DNA of 64,000 nt. Source: a bacterium (GTDB lineage: Bacteria; Calescibacteriota; Calescibacteriia; Calescibacteriales; Calescibacteriaceae). Within the stretch, counting starts at the first letter, position 1. Every line of letters starts with the position of its first letter. Positions 30,389 through 39,142 of this stretch are shown here, in pieces. Under the pieces are notes generated by a model, which saw only the letters and a list, made by a program, of their open reading frames with translations, was not told where the DNA came from and ran no database searches. The position numbers and the translations under genes are program-made. The stretch spans positions 2,436 to 66,435 of the forward strand of contig JAUQOU010000006.1 of assembly GCA_030550715.1 (NCBI GenBank). Reading direction: 5' to 3'.

Positions 30389-31096
30389 TCACTGGTAGAT
30401 TGTTATTTTAAGAACTGTGGAAGGTTTGTTCTTCAACGAGAAAAAGATGATTACCCCCGATGTTATCGCCAGACCTCCAACGACCCCCCATATCAGAGGA
30501 TTTTTCACAAAGGAGTTCTTCTTCTCATCGTGAAAGTCAAAAGTTATGAGTTCATCTTGAGATATAAATTTTTCTACACATTCCTCACCGACACAGATTA
30601 TTTTGAATCCATAGCTTATTTTCTCTTTGCAGGGAGTTCTACAAAATTTTTCGCCATTTATGAACACATCTTCTCCGCGACGAGAAACCACCGTTATTGT
30701 AAAAAACTTTTTTTCTCTTTCAAGCTCTTCTCTTATGCTTTTTACAAACTCTTTTATTTTCTGCGGGATATAAATATCTTTATCTATGCTGTCTGCTATT
30801 TCAGGGAAGATGAAAATTGCTTTTGAAAAATTCTCTCTTGCGTATTCGGTTTTTCCTTCCATGAAAAAAGAAATGCCATCAATCAGAAATGTTTTTGAAT
30901 AAATTTCTATGGCAGGTTTATTGCGGAGGGATTTTATAATTCTTTTTCTTATCCTTCCTGTGATCTCTCTTGCTTTTTCTCCTTCAAATGTTATGGCTAA
31001 TTTTTTTGCGTTTTCAATCTCAAAATTCAGCAGTTCATCTGAATACGCCCTTGCAAATATGAAAAACAGAAAAAGAAAAAAAATAAAAAATCTCAT
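30389..31096 (-). CDS. Secreted, C-terminally TM-anchored protein with a PEGA-like module
   Basis: 235 aa. Signal peptide (FIFARAYS|DE), helical TPR-like N-terminal part, DVFINGEKFCRTPCKEKISYGFKIICVGEE (PEGA-like, tentative), and a C-terminal TM helix (LIWGVVGGLAITSGVIIFF). Confidence 0.5.
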   Translation of the reverse strand: MRFFIFFLFLFFIFARAYSDELLNFEIENAKKLAITFEGEKAREITGRIRKRIIKSLRNKPAIEIYSKTFLIDGISFFMEGKTEYARENFSKAIFIFPEIADSIDKDIYIPQKIKEFVKSIREELEREKKFFTITVVSRRGEDVFINGEKFCRTPCKEKISYGFKIICVGEECVEKFISQDELITFDFHDEKKNSFVKNPLIWGVVGGLAITSGVIIFFSLKNKPSTVLKITIYQ

Positions 31097-31149
31097 CTTA
31101 ACAAAAAAGATTAAATTTTAAAAACAAAAAATCAAATCCGGAAGATATT

Positions 31150-31902
31150 TTACACAAGGTCTACAAAGAGGTCAAAGATAGAAAGCAATCCTTTGACAAA
31201 AACCCTTTGAGGAATCTTAAACCCATCCAGATTTTTAAGTTCAAGCTCGGCAAAAGAGAAAGATTCCTTTATATCTTCCGATGGAAAAACTTTAAGTTTA
31301 TCATCACTAACATAATTTATGTGAAACATCTTTTCAGAAAAGTCCTCATTATCTCCGAATATATCTTTTTTATCTGCGCTCAGAAAGTCAAGAAAAAGAG
31401 CGACTGGGTCTTTAAATTCCTCGTCTTCCGAATAATCATCTTCTCTTTTGAACTCCCTTCCATCTGTTTTAGCTTCTAAATACCTTGTCTGACGAGTTAT
31501 ATAGCCACTGCTTTGATCAAAAACAACAGAAGAAAAATACGAAAACCTGCTGTGTTTTGTGATGAGTTTTAAGATATATGACGGTTCAAATTCAACCTCA
31601 ACATTATATACCTCCCCCGAAGAATAAGTTGAAAGTTTTATACCTCCTATAGGAATTTTCCCAAGAGACAGCAAAGATGCGATAAACTGCGGAACTGATA
31701 CCTCCTTCAAAATCTCCTTGACCGCATCTTTATCTATGCTGAAATGGACTTTATAGAGCACTGATTGATTTGGCAGATTAATTTTCCTGAACTTTATTTT
31801 TTTCTCTTTTTTTCTTGTTCTTTCAATCTTGGCAGGATAAGTTTTTGTTCTCACTCTTGAACTTCCTGATTTTGCTCCTCTCTTACTTCTAAACTTTACC
31901 AT
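31150..31902 (-). CDS. Hypothetical protein with a strongly basic N-terminal tail
   Basis: 250 aa. The first ~45 residues are K/R-rich (MVKFRSKRGAKSGSSRVRTKTYPAKIERTRKKEKKIKFRK). No TM segment or signal peptide. The acidic C-terminal half has no recognised motif. Confidence 0.5.
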   Translation of the reverse strand: MVKFRSKRGAKSGSSRVRTKTYPAKIERTRKKEKKIKFRKINLPNQSVLYKVHFSIDKDAVKEILKEVSVPQFIASLLSLGKIPIGGIKLSTYSSGEVYNVEVEFEPSYILKLITKHSRFSYFSSVVFDQSSGYITRQTRYLEAKTDGREFKREDDYSEDEEFKDPVALFLDFLSADKKDIFGDNEDFSEKMFHINYVSDDKLKVFPSEDIKESFSFAELELKNLDGFKIPQRVFVKGLLSIFDLFVDLV

Positions 31903-32013
31903 AAAAGAAATTATAAAATATTCCCAAAAAGAAATAGGTATTTTGCTTGAAAATCAAAGTGTTTTCTCAAATATTGTTAATCCCTATCCTCAACCAGTAA
32001 TTTTTATGAAGAT

Positions 32014-32871
32014 ATGAGAGAAGTGTTTTGTGAAGCGATAGGAAAGGCAGTTATACTTCCAGAAAAATGCGAAAAAATAGTGAGCTTTTCTCCATCAATA
32101 ACAGAAGCACTTTTTGAAATGGGAATTGGCTCAAAAATCGTCGGAGTCAGTGTGTATTGCGTTAGACCCGAAGAAGCAAGAAAAAAAGTCATCGTTGGAT
32201 CTTACTCAACCTTCAAAAAAGAAAAATTAAAAGAACTGAACCCAGACATCATATTCACTACAACAGGATACCAACTTGAATTTGCAAAAAAACTATCAGA
32301 AGATTTCCCAGTATATGCGATAAGATTACCAACAAACCTCGCCGATGTTATATCAACCTGCTGTGAAGCTGGTCTCGTAGCCGGATACTACGAACAAGCA
32401 AGAAAACTAGAAAAAAAACTCCTCTCCAAAATCCATGAAAATATTTCGGATTTGAAAAACGATGAAGAAAAGAAAATTTCAATATATGTTGAGATTGACC
32501 TCGGAGGACCTATAACTTTCGGAGCTTATAGCTATATCACAGATACCCTTGAACTCCTCGGATTCAAAAATATATTCGGTCAAATAGGTAAAGAATGGCT
32601 GAAACCAGATGAAGAATATATAAAAGAAAAAAATCCAGAAATTATAATATACGAACCGAAAATGTTCTCAAAAAGAAGAGATAAAAACGAGATAATTGAA
32701 AAACTCACAAAAAGATTCGGAAAAATAAAGGCAATTGAAGACGGAAATGTATTTATTACCCCGGGAATATACGACTTTTTAGCTCACCACGGACCATCTC
32801 TGATAAATGAAGTAATACCATGGCTAAAAGAGATAAAAAGAATTTTCCTCATCAAAAAAAAGAATAACTAA
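32014..32871 (+). CDS. BtuF/FhuD-type (class III) substrate-binding protein without an evident signal peptide
   Basis: 285 aa. IVSFSPSITEALFEMGIGSKIVGVS and NPDIIFTT blocks typical of cobalamin/siderophore-binding proteins. The N-terminus MREVFCEAIGK lacks a hydrophobic h-region. Confidence 0.65.
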   Translation: MREVFCEAIGKAVILPEKCEKIVSFSPSITEALFEMGIGSKIVGVSVYCVRPEEARKKVIVGSYSTFKKEKLKELNPDIIFTTTGYQLEFAKKLSEDFPVYAIRLPTNLADVISTCCEAGLVAGYYEQARKLEKKLLSKIHENISDLKNDEEKKISIYVEIDLGGPITFGAYSYITDTLELLGFKNIFGQIGKEWLKPDEEYIKEKNPEIIIYEPKMFSKRRDKNEIIEKLTKRFGKIKAIEDGNVFITPGIYDFLAHHGPSLINEVIPWLKEIKRIFLIKKKNN

Positions 32872-33986
32872 CTCGCATAAGCAAGTATGTTATCTCCTGA
32901 AAAGTCAAATATGACAACTTCTGTATGTATTCCGAAATCGTTGCATTTTTTCTTTGCAAGTTCAGCAACTTTCTGAAAAACATTTTTTAATCCGTATGAT
33001 TTGGCGAGTTCTGCAAACTGTCTCGCAGTGTTTGCTCTCCTCAGTTCATTACAAATCTCATCACTTGCTTCCTCCCTTGCGAGAGATACAAGAAAATCTA
33101 TATCTACACTTGATTTTTTGGCATGAGTGAACTCCTCTCCCTTTGCCACCTTTGATATTTTAGCCAAAAAGCCGGCGATTATAACACGTGAGATGTTTTT
33201 CTGCTTTGCATATTTCAAAGTAAAGCTGATAAAGTCCCCAACATCAACAAAAGCGACATCTGGAAGATATGGGAAAAACTTTTTAGCTAATTCTTCGCTT
33301 TGGCGTCCCGTGGTGCATACTATTGTATCACAGCCGGATTCTTTGGCAACAGATATCTGACGGGCTATTGATGCTTTCCATGCACCGGTAGAATAAGGTA
33401 CAACAATTCCCAAAGTGCCGAGAATTCCTATCCCGCCTATCACTCCGAGACGCTCAAGCATTGTTTTTTTCGCTCTCTCTCTACCTTCGGGAGCGAATAT
33501 CTCAACTTCAAGGGTTATTTCATCTTCTTTAAAGCCAAGCTCAAGCGCTGCTGATATTACCGCTTTTTTTATCATCTTGCGGGGTACAGGAGTTATATCT
33601 GGCTCTCCGACTTCAATGCCAAGCCCAGGTTTTGTGACACGCCCTATGCCTTCTCCACCTATTATCTTTACTCCTTTTTCCCTGGAAAATCTGACAATTG
33701 CTCCTATTTCAGCACCGTGAGTGACATCAGGGTCATCTCCCGCATCTTTTATAGTAGAAGCAATTGCTTCACCGTTTAACTTCTCTGCTCTGAATATTTC
33801 AAGACAAGCGGTTCTATCTTTGACGGGAAGCTCAACTTCAACCTTTTTTACTTCTTCTAAATTTTTTCCGAGCAAAATATATGTTGCAGCTTTGGCAGAA
33901 CAGGAAGCACATGTTCCGGTAGTCCACCCCTCTCTTAACTTACCTGACTTTATCCTCTCAGCTCTTTCTTCTCTTGTCTCTTCCAT
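32868..33986 (-). CDS. cbiD: Cobalt-precorrin-5B (C1)-methyltransferase
   Basis: 372 aa. LREGWTTGTCASCSAKAA N-terminal signature and later CbiD blocks (DAGDDPDVTHGA, GEGIGRVTKPGL). Confidence 0.85.
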   Translation of the reverse strand: MEETREERAERIKSGKLREGWTTGTCASCSAKAATYILLGKNLEEVKKVEVELPVKDRTACLEIFRAEKLNGEAIASTIKDAGDDPDVTHGAEIGAIVRFSREKGVKIIGGEGIGRVTKPGLGIEVGEPDITPVPRKMIKKAVISAALELGFKEDEITLEVEIFAPEGRERAKKTMLERLGVIGGIGILGTLGIVVPYSTGAWKASIARQISVAKESGCDTIVCTTGRQSEELAKKFFPYLPDVAFVDVGDFISFTLKYAKQKNISRVIIAGFLAKISKVAKGEEFTHAKKSSVDIDFLVSLAREEASDEICNELRRANTARQFAELAKSYGLKNVFQKVAELAKKKCNDFGIHTEVVIFDFSGDNILAYAS

Positions 33987-34017
33987 CTGCTAAAATAACT
34001 GAAAAATTGAAAAAAAA

Positions 34018-34536
34018 TTATCTCTTGCTCTCTGCCAAAACTTCTTCAAGATAGTTCTTTATTTTCATCATTGATGAGTTTATATCTTCCACTATCACTT
34101 TTGAATTACCACATGTTGACATAAAGTTTGTATCACCAGCCCATCTTGGGACAACATGGATATGTATATGTTCTTCAAGTCCTGCTCCCGCTATCCTTCC
34201 GATGTTTATACCTATGTTAAATCCGTGTGGCTTTATTGCTTTTTTCAAAGCTCTCATAGAGAGCTCAAGAAGCTCTAAAAGTTCAACCTTTTCTTCAAAG
34301 GGAATATTTTCAAGCTCAGCAGTATGCGTCTTCGGGCAAATCATAACATGACCAGAATTATAAGGGTATTTATTCATTATCACGAATGCGTTTTTTCCCT
34401 TATAGACAACTAATTTATCATCTTCTCCCCTCCAAGCTTCGCATAAAAAACATTTTTCCTTCTCGTCTTTCTGAGAACCTTCCTTTGCCTTTTCTATATA
34501 CTCAATCCTCCACGGAGCCCAAATTATCTTCCTCAT
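34018..34536 (-). CDS. HIT-family nucleotide hydrolase/phosphorylase (Ap4A-phosphorylase-like)
   Basis: Histidine triad HIHIHVVPRW and N-terminal WAPWRIEYIE. The ATG at 34536 is preferred over the TTG at 34560. Confidence 0.8.
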   Translation of the reverse strand: MRKIIWAPWRIEYIEKAKEGSQKDEKEKCFLCEAWRGEDDKLVVYKGKNAFVIMNKYPYNSGHVMICPKTHTAELENIPFEEKVELLELLELSMRALKKAIKPHGFNIGINIGRIAGAGLEEHIHIHVVPRWAGDTNFMSTCGNSKVIVEDINSSMMKIKNYLEEVLAESKR

Positions 34537-34613
34537 AATGTAAAAGTAAAAATTAATCAAGTCAAAACAATTTTACATTTTAGCTCAAAGAATGCTAAAA
34601 AGGTAGTGCAATA

Positions 34614-35270
34614 TCAGAACTCCGGCTCTCTGATTATTTTGAAACCGTCAAAAGAAAAATCAATCTTCTCTTCTTTGAAAGATACATTTTTTATCTCCAA
34701 CCTCACTCCGAACTTTCCTCTGATAACTTCAACTTTTCTTATAGGAAAAGCAATCGGATTGAGATATAATCTTATCAAACTGACATCTTTGAGAACATTC
34801 TTTTTGGGATAAAGCTCAAAAACGTCTTCTTCAACTTTCTTGACGATGAAGAAATCAAAAACTTTATCTGACCCCCTGAGAAGTTCAAAGAGAAGGTTTT
34901 GAGAGACCTCATCTTTTAGCTCCTTCGCATACACCTTATTTTTATTTTTCATTACAAAATAGATAAATGTTCCATCTGATAGAACCTCTTCTTCTCCACG
35001 ATATGATATTTTGAAGTTGAACGGCTTTGAAAAAATAATCCTTCCCTCTCTTCTTTTCACTGGACCGGAGTATTCAAAAATTTCTTCTTGAAAGTCCGCC
35101 TGCCAGTTTTTAATTTTCTGCAAAGAAAAAAACTTCTGCTTCAGCTCATCTTGAAAGGAAGAGAGAACACCCGAATCAAAGAAAAAGACAGATAATAAGA
35201 AAATAAAAAAAGATACAGGAAGAAAATATGAGAGCAAAAGAGAAGATACTTTGCTTTGACTAAATTTCAT
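34614..35270 (-). CDS. LolA-like outer-membrane lipoprotein carrier family protein
   Basis: The start at the internal ATG (MKFSQSK...) avoids overlap with the fadD-like gene. Signal/anchor segment followed by a LolA-like pattern (WQADFQEEIF...GRIIFSKPFNFKISY...SDGTFIYF...FELYPKK). Confidence 0.55.
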   Translation of the reverse strand: MKFSQSKVSSLLLSYFLPVSFFIFLLSVFFFDSGVLSSFQDELKQKFFSLQKIKNWQADFQEEIFEYSGPVKRREGRIIFSKPFNFKISYRGEEEVLSDGTFIYFVMKNKNKVYAKELKDEVSQNLLFELLRGSDKVFDFFIVKKVEEDVFELYPKKNVLKDVSLIRLYLNPIAFPIRKVEVIRGKFGVRLEIKNVSFKEEKIDFSFDGFKIIREPEF

Positions 35271-35292
35271 TTTAGACGATAGCTCGCTATCT

Positions 35293-37113
35293 TTAAGAAG
35301 ACAAATACATCTCATCAATAATATTTTTATACCTCTGCATTATCGTTTTCCTTTTTACCTTCAAAGTTGGTGTCAAAGAACCATCTTCTATCGTGAAATC
35401 CTCAGCAATTATCCTGAACTTCTTTATCGTTTCAAAAGAAGCGAGGTTCTTATTCACTTCATCTATAACTTTCTGTATCTCGTTGTAGATCTCCTTGCTC
35501 TCAACAAGTTTGTTGTAGTCCTTCTCTAAACCCCTTGCTTCGGCAAACTTCAAAACCTCATCTTTATTAAGAGTTATAAGAGCAACACAATATGGTCTCA
35601 TATCTCCTATAACAACCGCTTGACTTATAAGAGGTGACTTTGCCTTTATAGAGTTCTCTATTGGCTGTGGAGCAACATACTTACCACCTGCGGTCTTTAT
35701 AAGGTCTTTTTTCCTGTCTGTTATTTTCAGGAAACCATCTTCATCAAACTCTCCTATATCACCAGTGTGGAACCAGCCGTCTTTTGTGAATACCTCTTCT
35801 GTCTCTTTTGGTTTCTTCCAGTATCCTTTCGCTATGTTAGGTCCTCTCACTACAATCTCACCATCTTCGGCTATCTTCACCTCAACCCATTTTAAAGGTT
35901 TCCCAACAGTTCCGAACTTGAACTCCTTTATGGTATTTATAGATATAGCAGGAGTTGTTTCGGTGAGCCCGTATCCTTCAAGTATAAGTAGCCCTGCTTT
36001 CCAGAAGAACTCAGCGATCTCTTTTGAAAGAGGAGCTCCCCCAGATATGAAAAATCTTATTCTACCGCCTAACCTTTTGTGAATTTTTGAGAAAACGAGT
36101 TTGTGTGCAATTTTGTGCTTCAAAGATAGAAAAATCGGCATCTTCTCTCCTCTTTTCCTGTATTCTCCTGCCTGCTCTCCAACTTTCAGAGCCCAATCAA
36201 ATATTTTCTTTTTGACTGGACTTGACTCAACCTCAGATTTAACTCTTGCATATACCTTTTCAAAGACCCTTGGTACAGATGGGAATACAGTGGGAGCAAC
36301 TTCTGGCAAATTCTCCACGACTTTATCTATGCTTTCTGCAAATGCGATTTTCACCCCGAATCTCGGATGAACATACTCAACCGCTCTCGCAAAAGAATGA
36401 GCAAGAGGCAAAAACAGAAGAACAACATCATCTGAAACAATATCTCGCAAGTCATAAAGCATCTCAACCATAGAAAGATGATTGAGGTGAGTTTGAATAA
36501 CTCCTTTGGGAACACCTGTTGTGCCAGATGTATAAACCAAAGTTGCTATATCATCAAGCTTTATCTTCTCTATATTATCTCTTATCTCTTTTTCGTATTT
36601 GGAGAGATTTTCTCTTCCGATTTTCTCAAAGGTGCTGAACCTCATCACAAAGTCATCCTCTATCACACTCTCATCAAAAGATATTACACGAGAAACAAGT
36701 GGAATTTCTTTCCTCTTTGACCTCATCTCCTCAATTATGCTTTTACTTTCAGCAAAGACAAAAACAGAGTCAGAATCATTCATTATGTATGAAGATTGAT
36801 TAAAAGGCAGAGAGTGATATATTGGAACCGATATACCTCCCGCAAGCTGAATTCCGATGTCTGCAATAACCCACTCCAGCCGGTTATACGAATATATAGA
36901 AGCTCTTTCTCCTTTTTTGAAACCAAGATGTATCAGCGCGGAAGCTATAAACTTAGCCCTCTCAAAAAAGTACCTCCATGTTATATCTTTCCACTGACCA
37001 TCTTGCTTCCAAGAATAAGCTACATTATCTGGTGTCTCCTCCACCCGCCACCTGAAAAGGTCAGGAATGTTTCTGAAAGGTATTTTTATTTCTCCCTCCA
37101 TTTTTACACTCAT
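35293..37113 (-). CDS. Long-chain fatty-acid-CoA ligase (AMP-binding)
   Basis: 606 aa. AMP-binding motif LVYTSGTTGVPKGV, plus GYGLTET and WFHTGDIG...DGFLKITDRKKD. Confidence 0.9.
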   Translation of the reverse strand: MSVKMEGEIKIPFRNIPDLFRWRVEETPDNVAYSWKQDGQWKDITWRYFFERAKFIASALIHLGFKKGERASIYSYNRLEWVIADIGIQLAGGISVPIYHSLPFNQSSYIMNDSDSVFVFAESKSIIEEMRSKRKEIPLVSRVISFDESVIEDDFVMRFSTFEKIGRENLSKYEKEIRDNIEKIKLDDIATLVYTSGTTGVPKGVIQTHLNHLSMVEMLYDLRDIVSDDVVLLFLPLAHSFARAVEYVHPRFGVKIAFAESIDKVVENLPEVAPTVFPSVPRVFEKVYARVKSEVESSPVKKKIFDWALKVGEQAGEYRKRGEKMPIFLSLKHKIAHKLVFSKIHKRLGGRIRFFISGGAPLSKEIAEFFWKAGLLILEGYGLTETTPAISINTIKEFKFGTVGKPLKWVEVKIAEDGEIVVRGPNIAKGYWKKPKETEEVFTKDGWFHTGDIGEFDEDGFLKITDRKKDLIKTAGGKYVAPQPIENSIKAKSPLISQAVVIGDMRPYCVALITLNKDEVLKFAEARGLEKDYNKLVESKEIYNEIQKVIDEVNKNLASFETIKKFRIIAEDFTIEDGSLTPTLKVKRKTIMQRYKNIIDEMYLSS

Positions 37114-37128
37114 AGAGCTTTTACCTCC

Positions 37129-37148
37129 GTTATCTGACGTTATCTGAA
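37129..37148. repeat. Tandem 10-bp repeat abutting the fadD-like SD (candidate operator)
   Basis: The + strand reads GTTATCTGAC GTTATCTGAA. The minus strand reads TTCAGATAAC-GTCAGATAAC-GGAGG-N10-ATG. Confidence 0.5.
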
Positions 37149-37209
37149 AAATTTAATAATTCCATAAAAAATTTAAACAGTTCTTCTCCGATTTTCAACA
37201 AAAAAATAC

Positions 37210-37656
37210 CTATAATTTGTGAATAAATCTACAATACGGACCTCCTTCGGAAAGAATTTTTCCTTCTATCTCCAGAGAGTAGTTTTTATTCAACCTTCTG
37301 AAAGTAGATAATTCAAATTCTTTTACAAGAAAGTGGCAGAACTCTGAATGATTGTTGAGAACCCGCGCAAAAGGACAGAACATCTCAAACTTTTCAGCAT
37401 GCTCTTTTTCTTTCACTTCCCATCTACCTTTCACTCCGAAAATTTTGTCTTCCATATCTTGAATTTTTGAAAGTTCGCGCATATCATCGTATCGGTTTAT
37501 TTTCAGGAGTTTAGCCATAATTGGCGCTCTTGCAGACCCCAAAAACCTCATAAAAGGAAGCATAATCTTTATGGCTTTCTCCTTACCTAAAAAAACCTTC
37601 AAGGTTATGTAAAACCTCACAATGAAAAACGCAAATTTCCTCAGAAAAAAGTTCAT
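37210..37656 (-). CDS. Small Cys-containing protein, ATC-hydrolase-like family (tentative)
   Basis: 148 aa. The pattern FCPFARVLNNHSEFCHFLVKEFE...GGPYCRFIHKL resembles the conserved Cys arrangement of L-2-amino-thiazoline-4-carboxylate-hydrolase-like proteins (recalled from memory, not searched). Confidence 0.35.
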   Translation of the reverse strand: MNFFLRKFAFFIVRFYITLKVFLGKEKAIKIMLPFMRFLGSARAPIMAKLLKINRYDDMRELSKIQDMEDKIFGVKGRWEVKEKEHAEKFEMFCPFARVLNNHSEFCHFLVKEFELSTFRRLNKNYSLEIEGKILSEGGPYCRFIHKL

Positions 37657-37718
37657 AAGTATATTTTAACACCTAAAAATCTTTTGAAGAAAAATTTTCT
37701 GTTCAAAAAACTGTACGA

Positions 37719-39044
37719 CTATTTTGCTTTTACCTCAACTTTATTGTTTATAAGGTCAGCAAATATGAAAATCCTTCTATCTTTTTCTACTTTCACAGGA
37801 ATTTCTTTCTCTTCGGTAGAAGTTCCAACCTGTAATGTATTGCTGAGATCTTCCCGTTTTACAACTCTCAATTTTAAAACATTCTCTCCTTCTTTTGCTT
37901 TGAAATCTACAACAGGTGTCTTCCCTATAAAAGTTCCGTTCAAAAAAACATCGCAATCTGGAATGGAATTGATTGATATGTACCCGTGATATGATTCTGC
38001 TTTCTGACTTTTATCTTTCACCTGCTTAACCTCTTTCAACTTTTTCTCTACCTTCTCAAATCTCTCTTTCGCAGAATTATTCTTTCCTTCTGACGGAATA
38101 TTCTCTTTTTCGTCTTTCTCCTTCAACTGATGACCTGCTGTATTTTCTCCTTGAAGATGATAAAAAGTTTGAGAGATGTTCTGAGAAAATCCTTCCTCTG
38201 AAATTTTGCTAACTTCACTATTTCCGGTCCTGTTGGTATTTCCTTTTTCTCGTGCTCTCATAAGAAGAAAACCAAAGAGAATTCCAAGAATAATGAAAGA
38301 TGCTCCCCAAGATATGGCTATCAGATTTCGTTTTTTTCTATCTGCGGTATATGTATTTTTCTCATATAAACTGAACTTCGGTTGATGCAAAATGAACTGA
38401 GCGAGGTCTTTTTCTGTGATAATCTTGAAGGAGTTAATAATTTTGTAAAGTTCGCGCAGAAAATCTTCTGGCTTACTGAATCTATCAACACTTTGAGCAA
38501 TTTTTCTCAACTTTTTGTTGTCTGTCATCTCAAGAATGATCTTTGAAAGCGCCTTCATATCAGATTTTATACTCTTTTTCTCATCTGCCGAGTAATACTC
38601 AGGAGTAATGAAATTATGGCTCTTTGCACAGTCAAGAACCTTAACCTCGCCATCATAAGTTATAACTATATTAGATGGAGTTATGTCTCCGTTATACTCT
38701 CCTTTTGAACATATGAAATCAAGAAATCTCAAAATCTCAAGAGAAATAAAGATTGAAATTTCAGGGGGCAAAATACCTTGCTCAGAAATAACATCTCTCA
38801 AAGTCCTCCCAACAACATACTCTTTAACTATGCATATATTTCCTTCCTCATCTTCAAAAAAATCATAGACCTGCGGTGTTTTATACCTTATTTTAGAGAA
38901 AAACTCATACTCCTCTCTGGCTATGTCAAAATTTTCTCTTTTATAAACTTTCAGTATAACATTTTTCCCTATGACTTTGTCGTAGCACAGATAAACCCTG
39001 CATATATTACTTTCAGAAAGCAGGACTTTATCTTGAAACCTCAT
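37719..39044 (-). CDS. Hanks-type Ser/Thr kinase-like membrane protein with C-terminal PEGA domain (degenerate catalytic motifs)
   Basis: 441 aa. Kinase fold (VILKVYK, IVKEYVVGRTLRD, YNGDITPSNIVI, KVLDCAKS, ITPEYY), one TM helix (LIAISWGASFIILGILFGFLLM), and a PEGA-like end (GYISINSIPDCDVFLNGTFIGKTPV). Confidence 0.75.
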   Translation of the reverse strand: MRFQDKVLLSESNICRVYLCYDKVIGKNVILKVYKRENFDIAREEYEFFSKIRYKTPQVYDFFEDEEGNICIVKEYVVGRTLRDVISEQGILPPEISIFISLEILRFLDFICSKGEYNGDITPSNIVITYDGEVKVLDCAKSHNFITPEYYSADEKKSIKSDMKALSKIILEMTDNKKLRKIAQSVDRFSKPEDFLRELYKIINSFKIITEKDLAQFILHQPKFSLYEKNTYTADRKKRNLIAISWGASFIILGILFGFLLMRAREKGNTNRTGNSEVSKISEEGFSQNISQTFYHLQGENTAGHQLKEKDEKENIPSEGKNNSAKERFEKVEKKLKEVKQVKDKSQKAESYHGYISINSIPDCDVFLNGTFIGKTPVVDFKAKEGENVLKLRVVKREDLSNTLQVGTSTEEKEIPVKVEKDRRIFIFADLINNKVEVKAK

Positions 39045-39142
39045 CAGATAGCAAAATAAAAATTAAGTTCTCTCCAATATTTTTCAAGTTTCATAATAAA
39101 GTTAAAGTCCCACAATAAGTCCAAAAGATTAACTTTTATATC

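Noticed and set aside
31903-32013. Cobalamin riboswitch upstream of the BtuF-like gene
   Set aside because: At 111 nt the region is too short. It is AT-rich and lacks the conserved B12-box-like GCCACTG core.
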